Shown here: positions 39,251 through 51,111 of the stretch, one piece after another
Position numbering within the stretch: the stretch's first letter is position 1
Layout of the letters: every line of letters begins with the position of its first letter
Assembly: GCA_045646345.1 (NCBI GenBank)
Contig: JAZRKN010000003.1
Span: 2,898-66,897 of the forward strand
Length of the DNA stretch: 64,000 bases
Direction: 5' to 3'
Source of the DNA: Candidatus Scatovivens sp.
Lineage (GTDB): Bacteria; Bacillota; Clostridia; TANB77; CAG-508
Program-made: the position numbers and the translations under genes
Notes under the pieces: model-generated
The model's database searches: none
What the model was told of the DNA's origin: nothing
The model's input: the letters and a program-made list of their open reading frames with translations, nothing else

Positions 39251-41122
39251 CTATCTATTAATTTTTGCAACAAATCCACTTTCGTTTGAATAAAGAACTT
39301 CAACATTTGAATATTCTTTTAAACTTTCTAATGCATCTTTTCCTTCTTGTAACTTTCCTTGTTCTGGTGGATCTAATCTTATCATATATTTAATCTTTGA
39401 ATTTTTTACTGAATCTTTTATATTATATTGATTTGTTGTATGTAAAATATCTCTAAAATCATTTTCTACTCCAGTATATTCTAGTGTTGCTATAGTCCAT
39501 ATTGTTCTATAAGAACTTTCTGTAAATAACACTGTATTATCTGCAGTCATATCCTCTAGATTTTCTCTTGCATATTCTGAAATTTTGATGTTATCTGCAG
39601 TGAAATTGTAGAACATGTCATAAGCTTTTCTGTGTTCACAATTTTCTAAATAGTACATTCCAACATAATTTGGAAGAGCGTGTTTTTCTTCTTCGCTTAT
39701 GATGTGCCCCGCTTTTATCCAAACCCAACCACATACAAAACTTGTCCAAACAAAAACATATAATGGAATAATCCATTTTAATATTTTTGTATCAATGTAT
39801 CTATTTAATAAGTCTATTGATATTGCAAAAATAACCATCCAGAATATGAAATAAATCTTAATCATATAATACCAAGAAACTTTTCCTGTCAAAGCGCCTA
39901 TATAAAATAATCCTAAAAATCCAACTATGCAAATTGAGAAAATATCTAAATATTGGATATCTTTATTTTTTAATCTCTTAAGGAAATCTACTGCATATAT
40001 TATTGCAAAAGGAATGTATGCAACAAAATCTCTAAATTTTTCTGGATATATTCCGCCCTCATCTTTTAAAGCTGATACTAAATCTTTTTGCCCCTCAATA
40101 ATAAAAGATGGTATAAATAAATATCCAATTCCAAAAGCTGTTACTAATAAAAGTATCCCAGTTATAATTAGTGTATTTTTCCCAAAAATCTTTAAATATT
40201 TTTTTGAATCTTTATCTTTAAGTTCCATTATAAATGAATAAATGCAAATTGAAGCAAACAAAGCAGGAACATATAAGCAATATGAGAACATTAATCCCAT
40301 ACCAGCAAATATAATTAATGTAATTAGAAATTTCTTGCTAATATTATCTTCTGAAAATAGCATATCTGTAAGTGTTAATATTAATGCAGTAATTGCGATA
40401 CCAACAGATAGATATGAGAATCCGTATAACCATGAATTATAGGGATAACCATATAAATATAATCCCAACAACATTAAAGTGAATATAGCTCCCCTTTTTG
40501 TTTGTATTTTATCTGTACATGCAGCATAAAGGCCTAATACTCCTAAAAACAATGTCATTGTTTCAAAAAGTTGATATACATATATTTTATCTAATCCTGT
40601 TATTTCGTTTATAACATTCATTAAAATTCCGTCATTGATATATGCTCCTGTTTGCATTATATTAAAATCAAAAAACGTTTTATCTTCTGCATAAATGAAT
40701 AACTCTAGTGTTTCTGAATAATGTTTTGCGGCTCTATAATGAACTGCTGAATCTATCGCAACATGAGTTACATCTCCTTTGTGGATATATAAGTCTTTAA
40801 AGAACATTACTCCAAACATTATTAAAATAATTATAATTATAAAAATATCCAATTTTGAACATTTATATTTTTGACATTCTTTATGTTTTATTGGCTTATA
40901 TAAAAGTATTCCTCCAATAGCTGTATTAATTATTGATAAAAGCCATATATTTTGTTTAATATTTAAAATACCAAGTGTCATACATAAAGTAATATTGTAA
41001 ACTAACATTCCTACTAAAAAAATGCATAACCATTTTACAAAATTTAATTCTTTTTCTGATTTTTTAAATATTATAAAACCTATTCCTAAAAGAATAACAC
41101 TTAAAATATATACGTATCCCAT
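39251..41122 (-). CDS. Polytopic membrane protein with a C-terminal soluble domain (paralog 3)
   Basis: About 12 TM helices plus a roughly 170-aa C-terminal domain. Architecture resembles YfhO/GT-C proteins. Confidence 0.4.
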   Translation of the reverse strand: MGYVYILSVILLGIGFIIFKKSEKELNFVKWLCIFLVGMLVYNITLCMTLGILNIKQNIWLLSIINTAIGGILLYKPIKHKECQKYKCSKLDIFIIIIILIMFGVMFFKDLYIHKGDVTHVAIDSAVHYRAAKHYSETLELFIYAEDKTFFDFNIMQTGAYINDGILMNVINEITGLDKIYVYQLFETMTLFLGVLGLYAACTDKIQTKRGAIFTLMLLGLYLYGYPYNSWLYGFSYLSVGIAITALILTLTDMLFSEDNISKKFLITLIIFAGMGLMFSYCLYVPALFASICIYSFIMELKDKDSKKYLKIFGKNTLIITGILLLVTAFGIGYLFIPSFIIEGQKDLVSALKDEGGIYPEKFRDFVAYIPFAIIYAVDFLKRLKNKDIQYLDIFSICIVGFLGLFYIGALTGKVSWYYMIKIYFIFWMVIFAISIDLLNRYIDTKILKWIIPLYVFVWTSFVCGWVWIKAGHIISEEEKHALPNYVGMYYLENCEHRKAYDMFYNFTADNIKISEYARENLEDMTADNTVLFTESSYRTIWTIATLEYTGVENDFRDILHTTNQYNIKDSVKNSKIKYMIRLDPPEQGKLQEGKDALESLKEYSNVEVLYSNESGFVAKINR

Positions 41123-41224
41123 TTTCTTTTGTCCTCTTTTCGTTATAAATTAATCATCCAAATTATATAATAAAAGAAAGTAGAAAACAATCTACTTTCT
41201 TATTTTTTTAGTATTTTATTGTTA

Positions 41225-44050
41225 TTAATTTAAGTATTTTTCTAAGAATTTTCCTGTGTGAGATTTTTCGTTTTTGCAAATTTGTTCTGGTGTTCCTATT
41301 GCAATTACTTCTCCACCTTTTTCTCCGCCTTCAGGTCCCAAGTCGATTAGATGATCGGCAGTTTTTATTAAATCCAAATTATGTTCGATTACTAAAATTG
41401 TATTTCCTGTATCTACTAATCTTTGTAAAATATCCACTAATCTATGAACATCTGCAATATGAAGACCCGTTGTTGGTTCATCTAAAATATAAAGTGTTTT
41501 TCCAGTAGCTCTTTTTGAAAGTTCTGTTGCAAGTTTAACTCTTTGAGCTTCACCACCAGATAATGTTGTTGATGGTTGTCCTAATTTAATATATCCTAAA
41601 CCAACATCTGATAATGTTTGAATTTTTTGTTTGATTCTAGGAATGTTGTTAAAGAATTCTAAACCTTCTTCAACTGTCATATCTAAAACATCTGAAATTG
41701 ATTTTCCTTTATATCTTACTTCTAGTGTTTCTCTGTTATATCTTTTTCCATGGCATACTTCGCAAGGAACATAGATATCAGGTAAGAAATTCATTTCTAT
41801 TTTTAACACACCATCACCTTGGCAAGCCTCACATCTACCGCCTTCAACATTAAAGCTAAATCTACCTTTTTGGTATCCTTTCATTTTAGCTTCATTTGTT
41901 CCGGCATAGATATCTCTAATAACATCAAATACACCAGTATAAGTTGCTGGGTTTGAACGAGGACTTCTTCCTATTGGAGATTGGTCAATATTAATAATTT
42001 TATCTATATTTTCTATACCTTTTATTTTTTCGCATTTTCCTGGTTTGTCTGTAGCTTTATTAATTTCTTTAGCTAAGTTTTTGTATAAAACTTCATTCAC
42101 TAAAGTTGATTTTCCAGAACCAGAAACTCCTGTAACACAGTTAAATACTCCAAGTGGAATTTTTACTGTTACATCTTTTAGATTGTTTTCTGAAGCTTTA
42201 ACAATTTCTATTGATTTTCCGTTTGACTTTCTTCTTTTCTTTGGAATAGCAATTTTTTCTCTACCACTTAGATATTTACCAGTTATAGAATTTGAATTAT
42301 TTTTTATTTCTTCTGCTGTTCCTTGTGCGATTACATTTCCACCATGAACTCCAGCTCCTGGCCCTATATCTATAATTTGATCTGCAGCATACATTGTATC
42401 TTCATCATGTTCAACGACTATTAGTGTATTTCCTAAATCTCTTAACTTTTTAAGAGTTGAAAGTAATCTATCATTATCTCTTTGATGAAGACCTATACTT
42501 GGTTCATCTAAAATGTATAGAACTCCGGATAGTCCAGAACCAATTTGAGTAGCAAGTCTAATACGTTGAGCTTCTCCTCCAGATAAAGTTCCAGCACTTC
42601 TTGATAGTGTTAAATATTCTAACCCAACATCCATTAAAAATTGAAGTCTTGTATTTATTTCATTTAAAATAACATCAGCTATCATTCTATCTTTTTTGCT
42701 TAATTCTAATGAATTTAAATATTCTTTTAGTTTATTAATTGGAAGATCAGTGATTTCATTAATGTTCTTTTCTCCAACTTTAATAGCTAAAACTTCTTGT
42801 TTTAATCTAGCCCCATTACAAGAATAACAAGGACTATTACTCATATACATTTCATAGAAATTACGCATTCCTTCTGATTTGGTTTCTCTATATCTTCTAT
42901 CTAGAGTTGGTAATACACCTTCGAATGGTTGAGTAAAATGTCTTGTACCTGCAGCAGAAGTAAATTCAAAATCAATTTCTTCTTCTCCAGTTCCATAAAG
43001 AATTTTCTCTAAAAATTCTCTTGGTAATTTCTTGATTGGTTTTCCTTTTATATCAACACCATAATGTTTACCTATACTTTCAAAATACATTCTAGCCATT
43101 GTATCACCTTTTTTTAATGTACTAGAACCAAATGCTTTTACGCCATCATATAAAGTTTTTGTCTTATCCGGAATAATTAATTCCTCATCCATCTTCATTA
43201 AATATCCAATACCTGTACAATCTGGACATGCACCAAACGGATTGTTAAAAGAAAACATTCTTGGTGATAATTCTTCGAAACTTATATTACATTCTGGACA
43301 TGCATAATTACCACTAAATAATTTCTCTCCTTGTCCCGGTATATCTACTTTAACTAAACTGTTAGCATGCTTCATTGCAGTTTCAACAGATTCGGCTAAT
43401 CTGTTTCTGATTTCTTCTTTCACAATTAATCTATCTACTACAACGTCTATGTTATGTTTTTTATTTCTATCTATATCGATATCGTCTGAGATTTCATAAA
43501 TTTGATCATCTATTTTAACTCTTACAAAACCTTCTTTTTGCATACTTTCTAAAAGTTTTGTAAATTCTCCTTTTTTACCTCTTACAATCGGACTTAAAAT
43601 TTGAATTCTTGTACCTTCTTCTAAACTCATTACAGAATCAACTATTTGATCAATAGTTTGTTTTTCTATTTTTCTACCACATTTAGGGCAATATGGTATA
43701 CCAATTCTTGCATATAATAAACGTAAGAAATCATATATTTCTGTAACTGTTCCAACGGTAGAACGTGGATTTTTAGAAGTTGTTTTTTGATCTATTGAAA
43801 TTGCTGGTGAAAGCCCTTCTATGCTTTCTACATCTGGTTTTTCCATTAAACCTAAAAATTGTCTTGCATAAGCAGATAAGCTTTCTACATATCTTCTTTG
43901 ACCTTCAGCATAAATTGTATCGAAAGCCAATGATGATTTTCCTGATCCTGAAAGACCTGTTACAACGACTAATTTATTTTTTGGTATCTCTAAATCAATA
44001 TTTTTTAAGTTGTGCTCTTTTGCACCTTTAATAATAATTTTATCGTTCAT
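41225..44050 (-). CDS. uvrA: Excinuclease ABC subunit A
   Basis: 941 aa with two ABC ATPase modules and zinc fingers. Confidence 0.92.
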   Translation of the reverse strand: MNDKIIIKGAKEHNLKNIDLEIPKNKLVVVTGLSGSGKSSLAFDTIYAEGQRRYVESLSAYARQFLGLMEKPDVESIEGLSPAISIDQKTTSKNPRSTVGTVTEIYDFLRLLYARIGIPYCPKCGRKIEKQTIDQIVDSVMSLEEGTRIQILSPIVRGKKGEFTKLLESMQKEGFVRVKIDDQIYEISDDIDIDRNKKHNIDVVVDRLIVKEEIRNRLAESVETAMKHANSLVKVDIPGQGEKLFSGNYACPECNISFEELSPRMFSFNNPFGACPDCTGIGYLMKMDEELIIPDKTKTLYDGVKAFGSSTLKKGDTMARMYFESIGKHYGVDIKGKPIKKLPREFLEKILYGTGEEEIDFEFTSAAGTRHFTQPFEGVLPTLDRRYRETKSEGMRNFYEMYMSNSPCYSCNGARLKQEVLAIKVGEKNINEITDLPINKLKEYLNSLELSKKDRMIADVILNEINTRLQFLMDVGLEYLTLSRSAGTLSGGEAQRIRLATQIGSGLSGVLYILDEPSIGLHQRDNDRLLSTLKKLRDLGNTLIVVEHDEDTMYAADQIIDIGPGAGVHGGNVIAQGTAEEIKNNSNSITGKYLSGREKIAIPKKRRKSNGKSIEIVKASENNLKDVTVKIPLGVFNCVTGVSGSGKSTLVNEVLYKNLAKEINKATDKPGKCEKIKGIENIDKIINIDQSPIGRSPRSNPATYTGVFDVIRDIYAGTNEAKMKGYQKGRFSFNVEGGRCEACQGDGVLKIEMNFLPDIYVPCEVCHGKRYNRETLEVRYKGKSISDVLDMTVEEGLEFFNNIPRIKQKIQTLSDVGLGYIKLGQPSTTLSGGEAQRVKLATELSKRATGKTLYILDEPTTGLHIADVHRLVDILQRLVDTGNTILVIEHNLDLIKTADHLIDLGPEGGEKGGEVIAIGTPEQICKNEKSHTGKFLEKYLN

Positions 44051-44258
44051 TTATTTCCCCTTAAATTAAATACTATGAGCAGATAATATTAGTATTATAC
44101 TTGTAGTTTTAATTTTCTGCATAAAACGGAGTTATTATATCATAGATTTTTTATGAATGGAACATTTTTTTGCTAAATTATTTAATTTTTCTTGAAAAAT
44201 ATATAGTTTGCCATAAAAACAAAAACGACACCCTAAAGGTGCCGCCATGCTCGATTGT

Positions 44259-44657
44259 TTATGATGTTTCAAGAATATATTTTACTTCTTCAGCAACACG
44301 ATCTGTTGCAGGGTGACGAGAAATTCTCTTTAAAAATTCTTTGTCATCAACTGCAGAACAGTAAAGTGCCAAACTGAGCTGAATTTCTTCACTTTTTGGA
44401 AAACGATTAAAGATACGTTCCAGATATGGGAATGGTAATTTACCAGAATAAGCCCCTAATGCTGTTGAAATTAGAACTTCATCTGTAGATGATGCAAAAA
44501 TTCTTCTGAAAATCACATCTCGCATCTTCAGAGAATCCTCATTAAATAAAAATTCTAATATTTGGCTCCATTTTTCGTTTTCGTTTCCTTGGAATTTCAA
44601 AGCATATTCTTTCTCTGTGTTTCCATCTTTGATTTTTAAAACAATCTGTCTTTCCAT
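44259..44657 (-). CDS. Hypothetical protein
   Basis: 132-aa ORF inserted between uvrA and uvrB. Visibly GC-richer than its neighbours. Confidence 0.4.
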   Translation of the reverse strand: MERQIVLKIKDGNTEKEYALKFQGNENEKWSQILEFLFNEDSLKMRDVIFRRIFASSTDEVLISTALGAYSGKLPFPYLERIFNRFPKSEEIQLSLALYCSAVDDKEFLKRISRHPATDRVAEEVKYILETS

Positions 44658-44688
44658 TCTACTATAATCTCCTTTTCAAATTATTTAC

Positions 44689-44750
44689 AAATGGAGACCT
44701 AGTAGTGGAAGTCTCCATTTGCATGAAGACTTCAAAAAAGTCTGTTTTTC
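44689..44750 (+). other. Two adjacent stem-loops: a 10-bp perfect stem, then a hairpin plus T run
   Basis: Hairpin 1: aaatggagac…gtctccattt with a 12-nt loop. Hairpin 2: agact tcaaaaa agtct followed by gttttt. Confidence 0.5.
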
Positions 44751-44761
44751 TATTTTAACAC

Positions 44762-44800
44762 AAACAAGAAAAAAGAGCAAGTAATTTTAGACTCGCTCTT
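44762..44800 (-). terminator. uvrB terminator
   Basis: Stem agagcaagt/actcgctct with a T run on the minus strand. Confidence 0.55.
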
Positions 44801-44810
44801 TCTATTATTC

Positions 44811-46769
44811 TTAATCAAGCATTTTTTCAAGTTCTTTTATTTTATCACGAAGCTCTGCTGCTTTTTCGAATTCCATGCTTTGAGCATGTTTAAGCATTTC
44901 ATCTGTAAGTCTTGAAATAATATCTTGAACAGATTCATCTTTGTTAATTCCATATTCGCTTTGTAAATCTTCTACTATAGTTGCTTTAATAACATCTCTA
45001 ACAGATTTTCTAATTGTTTGTGGTGTTATTCCATGAACTTCATTATATTCTTCTTGAATTTTTCTTCTTCTATTTGTTTCTGTAATAGCTTTTTCCATTG
45101 ATTCTGTTAGTTCATCAGCATACATTATAACTCTGCCTTCAGTATTTCTCGCAGCACGTCCAATTGTTTGTATTAAAGAACGTTCTGAACGTAAAAAACC
45201 TTCTTTATCAGCATCTAATATTGCAACTAATGATACTTCTGGGATATCTAAACCTTCTCTTAAAAGATTTATGCCGACTAAAACATCAAATTCTCCAATA
45301 CGTAAATCTCTTATAATTTCCATTCTTTCTAATGCTTTTATTTCTGAGTGCATATAACGAACTCTAATTCCTGCATTTCTTAAATATGCTGTTAAATCTT
45401 CGGCCATCTTTTTAGTTAGTGTTGTAACTAATGTTCTATCTCCTTTTGCTGTTTGCTCTGCTATTTGTTCCATTAAATCATCGATTTGATTTTCCGTTGG
45501 TTTTACAACAATCTTAGGATCTAACAAACCAGTTGGACGAATGATTTGTTCTACAACATTATCTTTACTATGCACTTTTTCATAATCAGCTGGTGTAGCA
45601 CTAACAAATATACATTGATTTACTCTTTCTTCAAATTCTTCGAATTTTAAAGGTCTATTATCAAACGCTGAAGGAAGTCTAAATCCATAATTTACAAGTG
45701 ATTCTTTTCTTGCTCTATCACCATTATACATTGCCCTTACTTGAGGTACTGTTGCATGTGATTCATCTATTAATAGTAAATAATCATCTGGAAAATAATC
45801 AAACAAAGTATACGGTGGACTACCAGCTTCTCTGCCGCTTATATGTCTTGAATAGTTTTCGATTCCTTGACAAAATCCAGTTTCTTTAAGCATTTCTATG
45901 TCAAAGTTTGTTCTTTCTTCTATTCTTTGCGCTTCTATAAGCTTCTTATTTTCTTCAAAGTATTTCTTTCTTTCTTCCATTTCTTGTTCTATTGTAACAA
46001 TAGCTCTTTCAAGTTTATCTTTACTAGTTACATAGTGAGAATTCGGATATACCATTACATGTTCACGAGTTGCTACTGCTTTCCCGGTTAATGGATTTAT
46101 TTCTGAAATTTTTTCAATTTCATCTCCCCAAAATTCTACTCTTATTGCAGTTTCTTCTTTATTTGATGGGAATATTTCTAGAATATCTCCTTTTGCTCTA
46201 AAAGTTCCTCTTTTGAAATCCATTTCATTTCTTGTATATTGCATATTTATAAGTTTTCTCATTATCTCAGTTCTATCCTTTTGCATTCCCGGACGAAGGG
46301 AAACAATCATATTTTCATAATCTATAGGATCCCCTAAACCATATATGCAAGATACTGATGCAACAACGATTACATCTCTTGTTTCAAAAAGTGATGCCGT
46401 TGCAGAATGACGTAATTTATCTATTTCGTCATTAATCGAAGCATCTTTTTCTATATAAGTGTCAGAAGAAGCAATATAAGCTTCTGGTTGATAATAATCA
46501 TAATATGAAACAAAATATTCAACCCTGTTATTAGGAAAAAATTCTTTAAATTCCGAATATAATTGTCCTGCTAAAGTTTTATTATGAGCTAATACTAATG
46601 TAGGTTTTTGAGTTTCTTTAATTATATTAGCCATAGTAAATGTTTTTCCAGAACCTGTAACACCTAAAAGTGTTTGAAATTTTTTTCCTTCATTAATACC
46701 GTTTACTAAATATTTAATTGCTTCTGGTTGATCTCCAGTTGGTTTGAATTCTGAATGTAGTTCAAACAT
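44811..46769 (-). CDS. uvrB: Excinuclease ABC subunit B
   Basis: 652 aa. Helicase motifs and a UVR domain. Confidence 0.92.
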   Translation of the reverse strand: MFELHSEFKPTGDQPEAIKYLVNGINEGKKFQTLLGVTGSGKTFTMANIIKETQKPTLVLAHNKTLAGQLYSEFKEFFPNNRVEYFVSYYDYYQPEAYIASSDTYIEKDASINDEIDKLRHSATASLFETRDVIVVASVSCIYGLGDPIDYENMIVSLRPGMQKDRTEIMRKLINMQYTRNEMDFKRGTFRAKGDILEIFPSNKEETAIRVEFWGDEIEKISEINPLTGKAVATREHVMVYPNSHYVTSKDKLERAIVTIEQEMEERKKYFEENKKLIEAQRIEERTNFDIEMLKETGFCQGIENYSRHISGREAGSPPYTLFDYFPDDYLLLIDESHATVPQVRAMYNGDRARKESLVNYGFRLPSAFDNRPLKFEEFEERVNQCIFVSATPADYEKVHSKDNVVEQIIRPTGLLDPKIVVKPTENQIDDLMEQIAEQTAKGDRTLVTTLTKKMAEDLTAYLRNAGIRVRYMHSEIKALERMEIIRDLRIGEFDVLVGINLLREGLDIPEVSLVAILDADKEGFLRSERSLIQTIGRAARNTEGRVIMYADELTESMEKAITETNRRRKIQEEYNEVHGITPQTIRKSVRDVIKATIVEDLQSEYGINKDESVQDIISRLTDEMLKHAQSMEFEKAAELRDKIKELEKMLD

Positions 46770-46813
46770 TTTTATTTCCCCTTTTTTATTTTATACAAAT
46801 CTTTAGCATTATA

Positions 46814-46854
46814 TCAAAAAAAACAAGAAAAAACAAGGTATTGCTACCTTGTTT
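46814..46854 (-). terminator. Terminator closing the 53604-46899 operon
   Basis: Stem acaaggta/taccttgt with a T run on the minus strand. Confidence 0.55.
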
Positions 46855-46898
46855 ATGTAAAATTCTATTCATTAAATTTTATTATAAAATCATTTTAT

Positions 46899-47585
46899 TT
46901 AGTCAATTGACCATCTAATGTTAGACACTTTCTTATCTGCATCTAAATAAAATGTTAAACTAACGTTTTCAAATCGTTCTTCCATTGGAATATAACAATT
47001 ATATGATATATAATTTCCATCTAAATGTACAAAAGCTGTTTGTTCATATTTTTCTGGTAATTTATATTCTTGAGAATATGTATACAAGTAATCACCATAT
47101 AGAAGCAATGCCCACGGTTCATTATTTTTAAATTCATCTTCTAGTTTTCTCTCTTGATTATCATTGTAATATGCGTTTATTACTTCCTCATAAGATGACC
47201 CTATTGCTAGTTCATTAACTAATTTAACATCTTTTCCCGTAACATTTACTGTTCCTAAAGTTAAATTTCCTTTTCCTTTTGTATCAAAAAAAGTTAATAT
47301 TTTATCTTCATATACATAATCTATGTATTCACCATACATAAACTCTGACATTGTCACATGATTGATTTCAATTGGTTTTCCAAAATCTGATTGAACTTCA
47401 TCAGGTGTCATTCCAAAACGTAATCCGTCAATTACAACATCGTTTTTATCGAATTTCATTTTTTCATCACTTATAATAATCGAATTTGTAGAAACGTTAT
47501 CATTATTATTTTTTCTGCAAAAACTCATTCCTACTATTATTGCAATAATAAGTATAAATATAATTGTTATTTTCTTGTTTTTCAT
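46899..47585 (-). CDS. Hypothetical lipoprotein-like secreted protein
   Basis: Signal peptide followed by Cys (…IVGMSFC). Confidence 0.45.
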   Translation of the reverse strand: MKNKKITIIFILIIAIIVGMSFCRKNNNDNVSTNSIIISDEKMKFDKNDVVIDGLRFGMTPDEVQSDFGKPIEINHVTMSEFMYGEYIDYVYEDKILTFFDTKGKGNLTLGTVNVTGKDVKLVNELAIGSSYEEVINAYYNDNQERKLEDEFKNNEPWALLLYGDYLYTYSQEYKLPEKYEQTAFVHLDGNYISYNCYIPMEERFENVSLTFYLDADKKVSNIRWSID

Positions 47586-47623
47586 ATTTCCCTGTTGCCT
47601 CTCTTTTATTCTATATTTAATTT

Positions 47624-49438
47624 CTATTCCATTGATATCTCATCTTGTTTGATATTAGGAGTGCTGCTTTCTTTAGCAAGGTCATCGTTTTCTTTAACAG
47701 TTTCCATTGGAGTTAATTCAGATTCTTTTACCACAACTCTTTCGCTAAATTCTTTTGCACTTCTATTTATTGCATCTATTCCGTCTTTTTCTGTTTTACC
47801 ATATACTAAAATATTGTTCATATTAGGGATTCTTTTAGTTAAAAATTCCAATTGATATGCCGCATTTATAAGTCTTTTTGAAGTATTATTTACTAAATAT
47901 TTAGGATTTAAATTTACTTTGTAATTTGGAAATTTTGTATCGATTCTCACTCTGTCTAGAGCATCAGCATCTCTTACAACCGAATTTAATCTTCTAAGCA
48001 TTTCGATATTTGCGGGATCTTGTATTTTGTATTTTTTAATCATTTTTTCAATTTTATCAGGTTTACCTTCGTGTGCCTCTGCTAATGCCATAACCATTTT
48101 TTTATCTTCTTCAGGAAATGGTGTTCCATCGATATATGTTAAATCCATTTTTGAAATTTTTCTTGCACTATTTCTAGCATGAGGACCATTATCTAAAATT
48201 CTTCCCGCATCATGATACATTGCTGCAGCAGATAAAATTTCTTTTATTCTATTATCATTGTCATTTTCCAATATTCCTTCATTTCTTGCTATTAGCATTG
48301 CCGTTAACGCAACTCTATTTGAATGTTCTTTTCCATGAATTCCCCTTTTGGTTATATCATTCCCGATTTGACCAAATTTCTTTTCAAAGAATTCGCCATC
48401 TTTACTTAAATTAAAATCAGACAAAACATCTTTTAAGTCTAACTGACTTAGTCCTTGTTCACTTTGTAATTTTGCGACCGTTACTGCAAATTTTGGATCT
48501 CTATATGGATTTTTACCTTTAAATGAAAAATCTTCTAGAGTTTCTTCTGGGGATTTTCCAATCGCTTTTTTAAAAGAAAACGTTCTTTTTAATGAATCTA
48601 GCAAATTTTGTCCAACTTCTCTCCAATTTTGAGAAAAATTAATAGCAGCTTCATCAGTTTCCATTCTAAATGCATCTAGTGTAGCAACAGTTTTGGCTAC
48701 TATTTTAAATGTAGGTTCGCCCTTTTTATTTAAATAACCATATTCAATTGCTTTTTCTTTCATAAACTCTAAATAATCAGCTTTTGCATTATACGTTTTT
48801 CCATCTTCTGAAAGTTCTTCTGGATTTGCTTCTCTAAATCTCACCTCATAAGAGCCTTTTTCATTTTTTATTGGATTTCCTGCGTCATCTCTTACTAAAT
48901 CCGGGACCATTTTAACTTTTTCTACAGCATTTTCTGGCAAAATACAATATCCTTCATACATCATTGCACCATCTGTTAATGCTCGACATGTGTAATTTTT
49001 TAAATCATCCATATCCGGAGTAAATTTAATTGCAGTTGCAACTCCAGTAGGATTTATATACGGATTATATTGACTTTCCCATAAATTGTTTTTTAACAAA
49101 GCGTTATTATCCGTTAAATTTTTAGCATAATTATCTGGAGAAGGTGCACCACAAAACATAAATACAGTTTTTCTTCCATATGATGTACTGTGAGATGATG
49201 GTCTAAGATGTTGACTCTCAATTATTGCATCAGCAACACTTTCATCTCTTACAAAATGGTATAAACCTTCTTGTGCTGCCTGTTGTTTTATTTTTTCTGT
49301 TAATTCAAATCTTGGTATTTTCGCAAATAAACCTGCTACTCCACCCACCAATGTATTTACTGATGCTGTTCCAATAGATTTTAAAAATTTGTTTAAAACC
49401 GCATCAGACATTGATACTATCATATCTTCAATTTTCAT
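47624..49438 (-). CDS. Fusion protein: N-terminal unknown domain plus a C-terminal HD-domain phosphohydrolase
   Basis: 604 aa. HD motifs HGKEHSNRVALTAM…AAAMYHDAGR. N-terminus has a Gly-zipper segment GGVAGLFA. Confidence 0.5.
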   Translation of the reverse strand: MKIEDMIVSMSDAVLNKFLKSIGTASVNTLVGGVAGLFAKIPRFELTEKIKQQAAQEGLYHFVRDESVADAIIESQHLRPSSHSTSYGRKTVFMFCGAPSPDNYAKNLTDNNALLKNNLWESQYNPYINPTGVATAIKFTPDMDDLKNYTCRALTDGAMMYEGYCILPENAVEKVKMVPDLVRDDAGNPIKNEKGSYEVRFREANPEELSEDGKTYNAKADYLEFMKEKAIEYGYLNKKGEPTFKIVAKTVATLDAFRMETDEAAINFSQNWREVGQNLLDSLKRTFSFKKAIGKSPEETLEDFSFKGKNPYRDPKFAVTVAKLQSEQGLSQLDLKDVLSDFNLSKDGEFFEKKFGQIGNDITKRGIHGKEHSNRVALTAMLIARNEGILENDNDNRIKEILSAAAMYHDAGRILDNGPHARNSARKISKMDLTYIDGTPFPEEDKKMVMALAEAHEGKPDKIEKMIKKYKIQDPANIEMLRRLNSVVRDADALDRVRIDTKFPNYKVNLNPKYLVNNTSKRLINAAYQLEFLTKRIPNMNNILVYGKTEKDGIDAINRSAKEFSERVVVKESELTPMETVKENDDLAKESSTPNIKQDEISME

Positions 49439-49452
49439 ATTTTTTCCTTTTA

Positions 49453-51087
49453 TTATAAATTATATTTTTTCTTATCTTCATCTGTAAGTTCAAAATATCT
49501 AATTGTAGTATTTTTCTTTTTCCACAATTGAAGTGATTTTTCTCCAATAAAAGTTACTATTCCTTCTTGACGTCCAATTCTATACTTACATGTTTTAAAT
49601 GGAATTGACACTCCTGGTATGTTTGCTATTTGTATTTTCTTTAAATTTGGACAATCAACAATCGCAAAGTTAAAGGCTGATTGAATATTAGAAAATACAA
49701 TTTCATTTAAATTTGTCCCTCTAAAACAATTTATTATATTTTGAGGTCTATCCATTATATAAAGTTTAGGATCACTTAAAAATACTACTTTTGTTAAATT
49801 AGTACATCCTAAAAAAGCATCTTCACCTATATTAATTAATGTTTTTGGAAAAATCAGCGTAGTTAATTGTGAACAATTTTCAAAAGCTCTCTCTCCTATT
49901 AATCCAATTCTGCCAAAATCTACATGTTTTAACTTTAAGCAGTTTGCAAAAGTTTCATTTCCTATGCAATTATAACTTTTATCCGGACTCAAATTAACTC
50001 CAGCGCTCTTTTTTTCCTCAATAAATTCTATCTCTTCTAAGTTTTCCCAAACCGAATCTTTCTCAAAGTTATATTTTGAAATTCCGTTACTTGCAATTAT
50101 CAGTTTCTTAGTTTTAAATATTGTATCTTTATCTAAATATTCTTTAGCATATTTTTCTTCTTCATCAAATTCGACTTTTATTCCTGGTCCCTTATCCGTC
50201 AACCATGCAGAATGCATTCTTTTTTGATTTGTTTTTTCTCTAACATTTGCAAACCAATTTTTAAATCTTTTAATAAAAGATTCTTCATAATATAATTCCA
50301 TTTCTTTTTCTTCATCAGTATTTGGCTGATTATTAAAAATTGTTTTAGAATTATTTTTTTCTTCAATAAAATAATTCGTATTTTCCTTTTCTTGAATACT
50401 TACTATTATTTCAATATGGTCATCTCTAGACCTTATATCTTTAATCATCAAAACTTGTTGCCAAATTTTATAATCATATAAATCTTTTTCTGATGCATTT
50501 TTTGCTAAATCAATTAGCTTGTTTCTTCTAATCTGATTTTCTTCATTTTTAGCACCTTCAAATAGAACTTCTTTTATTGCATTAATTAAAGCTTCTTTTT
50601 TACAGTATTTAAAAACTTTAGAATAATTTATAATCCCTTCTGTTTGCAATTGATAGATGATTATTTCTAATGTAATTTTACCTACTTGTTTATTATATTC
50701 TACTTCTTCTATTGGATTATGAGTCGTTTCATTCCAAAATTTAATATACTCTTCTAAAGTCATCCATAGACCTTTAATTTTTTCTAATGCCGCAGCATCT
50801 ATTTTGTTTTCTATAGCGCTTTCAATAATATTGTTTGCTTTTAAAATATAGTAATCTATTTCTGTATCTAGAAAAATCAATCTAGATAAAACATCTAACG
50901 ATATTTCATCAAAACCTTCATTGTTTTCACTTAATTCGATGTTTTTAGCGTGTTCTTTGATTTGATTTAAAGTATCTTCATATTCAGTTGCTTTTTCATA
51001 ATGATTTAATATTTTTACTTCAACTATTTTATTTTCAATCTGTGAAATTTCTTTCAATAATAAATCAAATTCTTTATTACTTATCAT
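49453..51087 (-). CDS. BspA-type leucine-rich-repeat protein
   Basis: C-terminal repeats …IGNETFANCLKLKHVDFGRIGLIGERAFENCSQLTTLIFPKTLINIGEDAFLGCTNLTKVVF… No signal peptide. Confidence 0.6.
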   Translation of the reverse strand: MISNKEFDLLLKEISQIENKIVEVKILNHYEKATEYEDTLNQIKEHAKNIELSENNEGFDEISLDVLSRLIFLDTEIDYYILKANNIIESAIENKIDAAALEKIKGLWMTLEEYIKFWNETTHNPIEEVEYNKQVGKITLEIIIYQLQTEGIINYSKVFKYCKKEALINAIKEVLFEGAKNEENQIRRNKLIDLAKNASEKDLYDYKIWQQVLMIKDIRSRDDHIEIIVSIQEKENTNYFIEEKNNSKTIFNNQPNTDEEKEMELYYEESFIKRFKNWFANVREKTNQKRMHSAWLTDKGPGIKVEFDEEEKYAKEYLDKDTIFKTKKLIIASNGISKYNFEKDSVWENLEEIEFIEEKKSAGVNLSPDKSYNCIGNETFANCLKLKHVDFGRIGLIGERAFENCSQLTTLIFPKTLINIGEDAFLGCTNLTKVVFLSDPKLYIMDRPQNIINCFRGTNLNEIVFSNIQSAFNFAIVDCPNLKKIQIANIPGVSIPFKTCKYRIGRQEGIVTFIGEKSLQLWKKKNTTIRYFELTDEDKKKYNL

Positions 51088-51111
51088 ATGTATCTCCTAA
51101 AACATAGCTTT

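Noticed and set aside
47624-49438. N-terminal LYHFVRDES… segment of the 604-aa HD protein as another DarT/ART-like motif
   Set aside because: Only the YHF tripeptide matches. The following residues do not follow the DUF4433 pattern.
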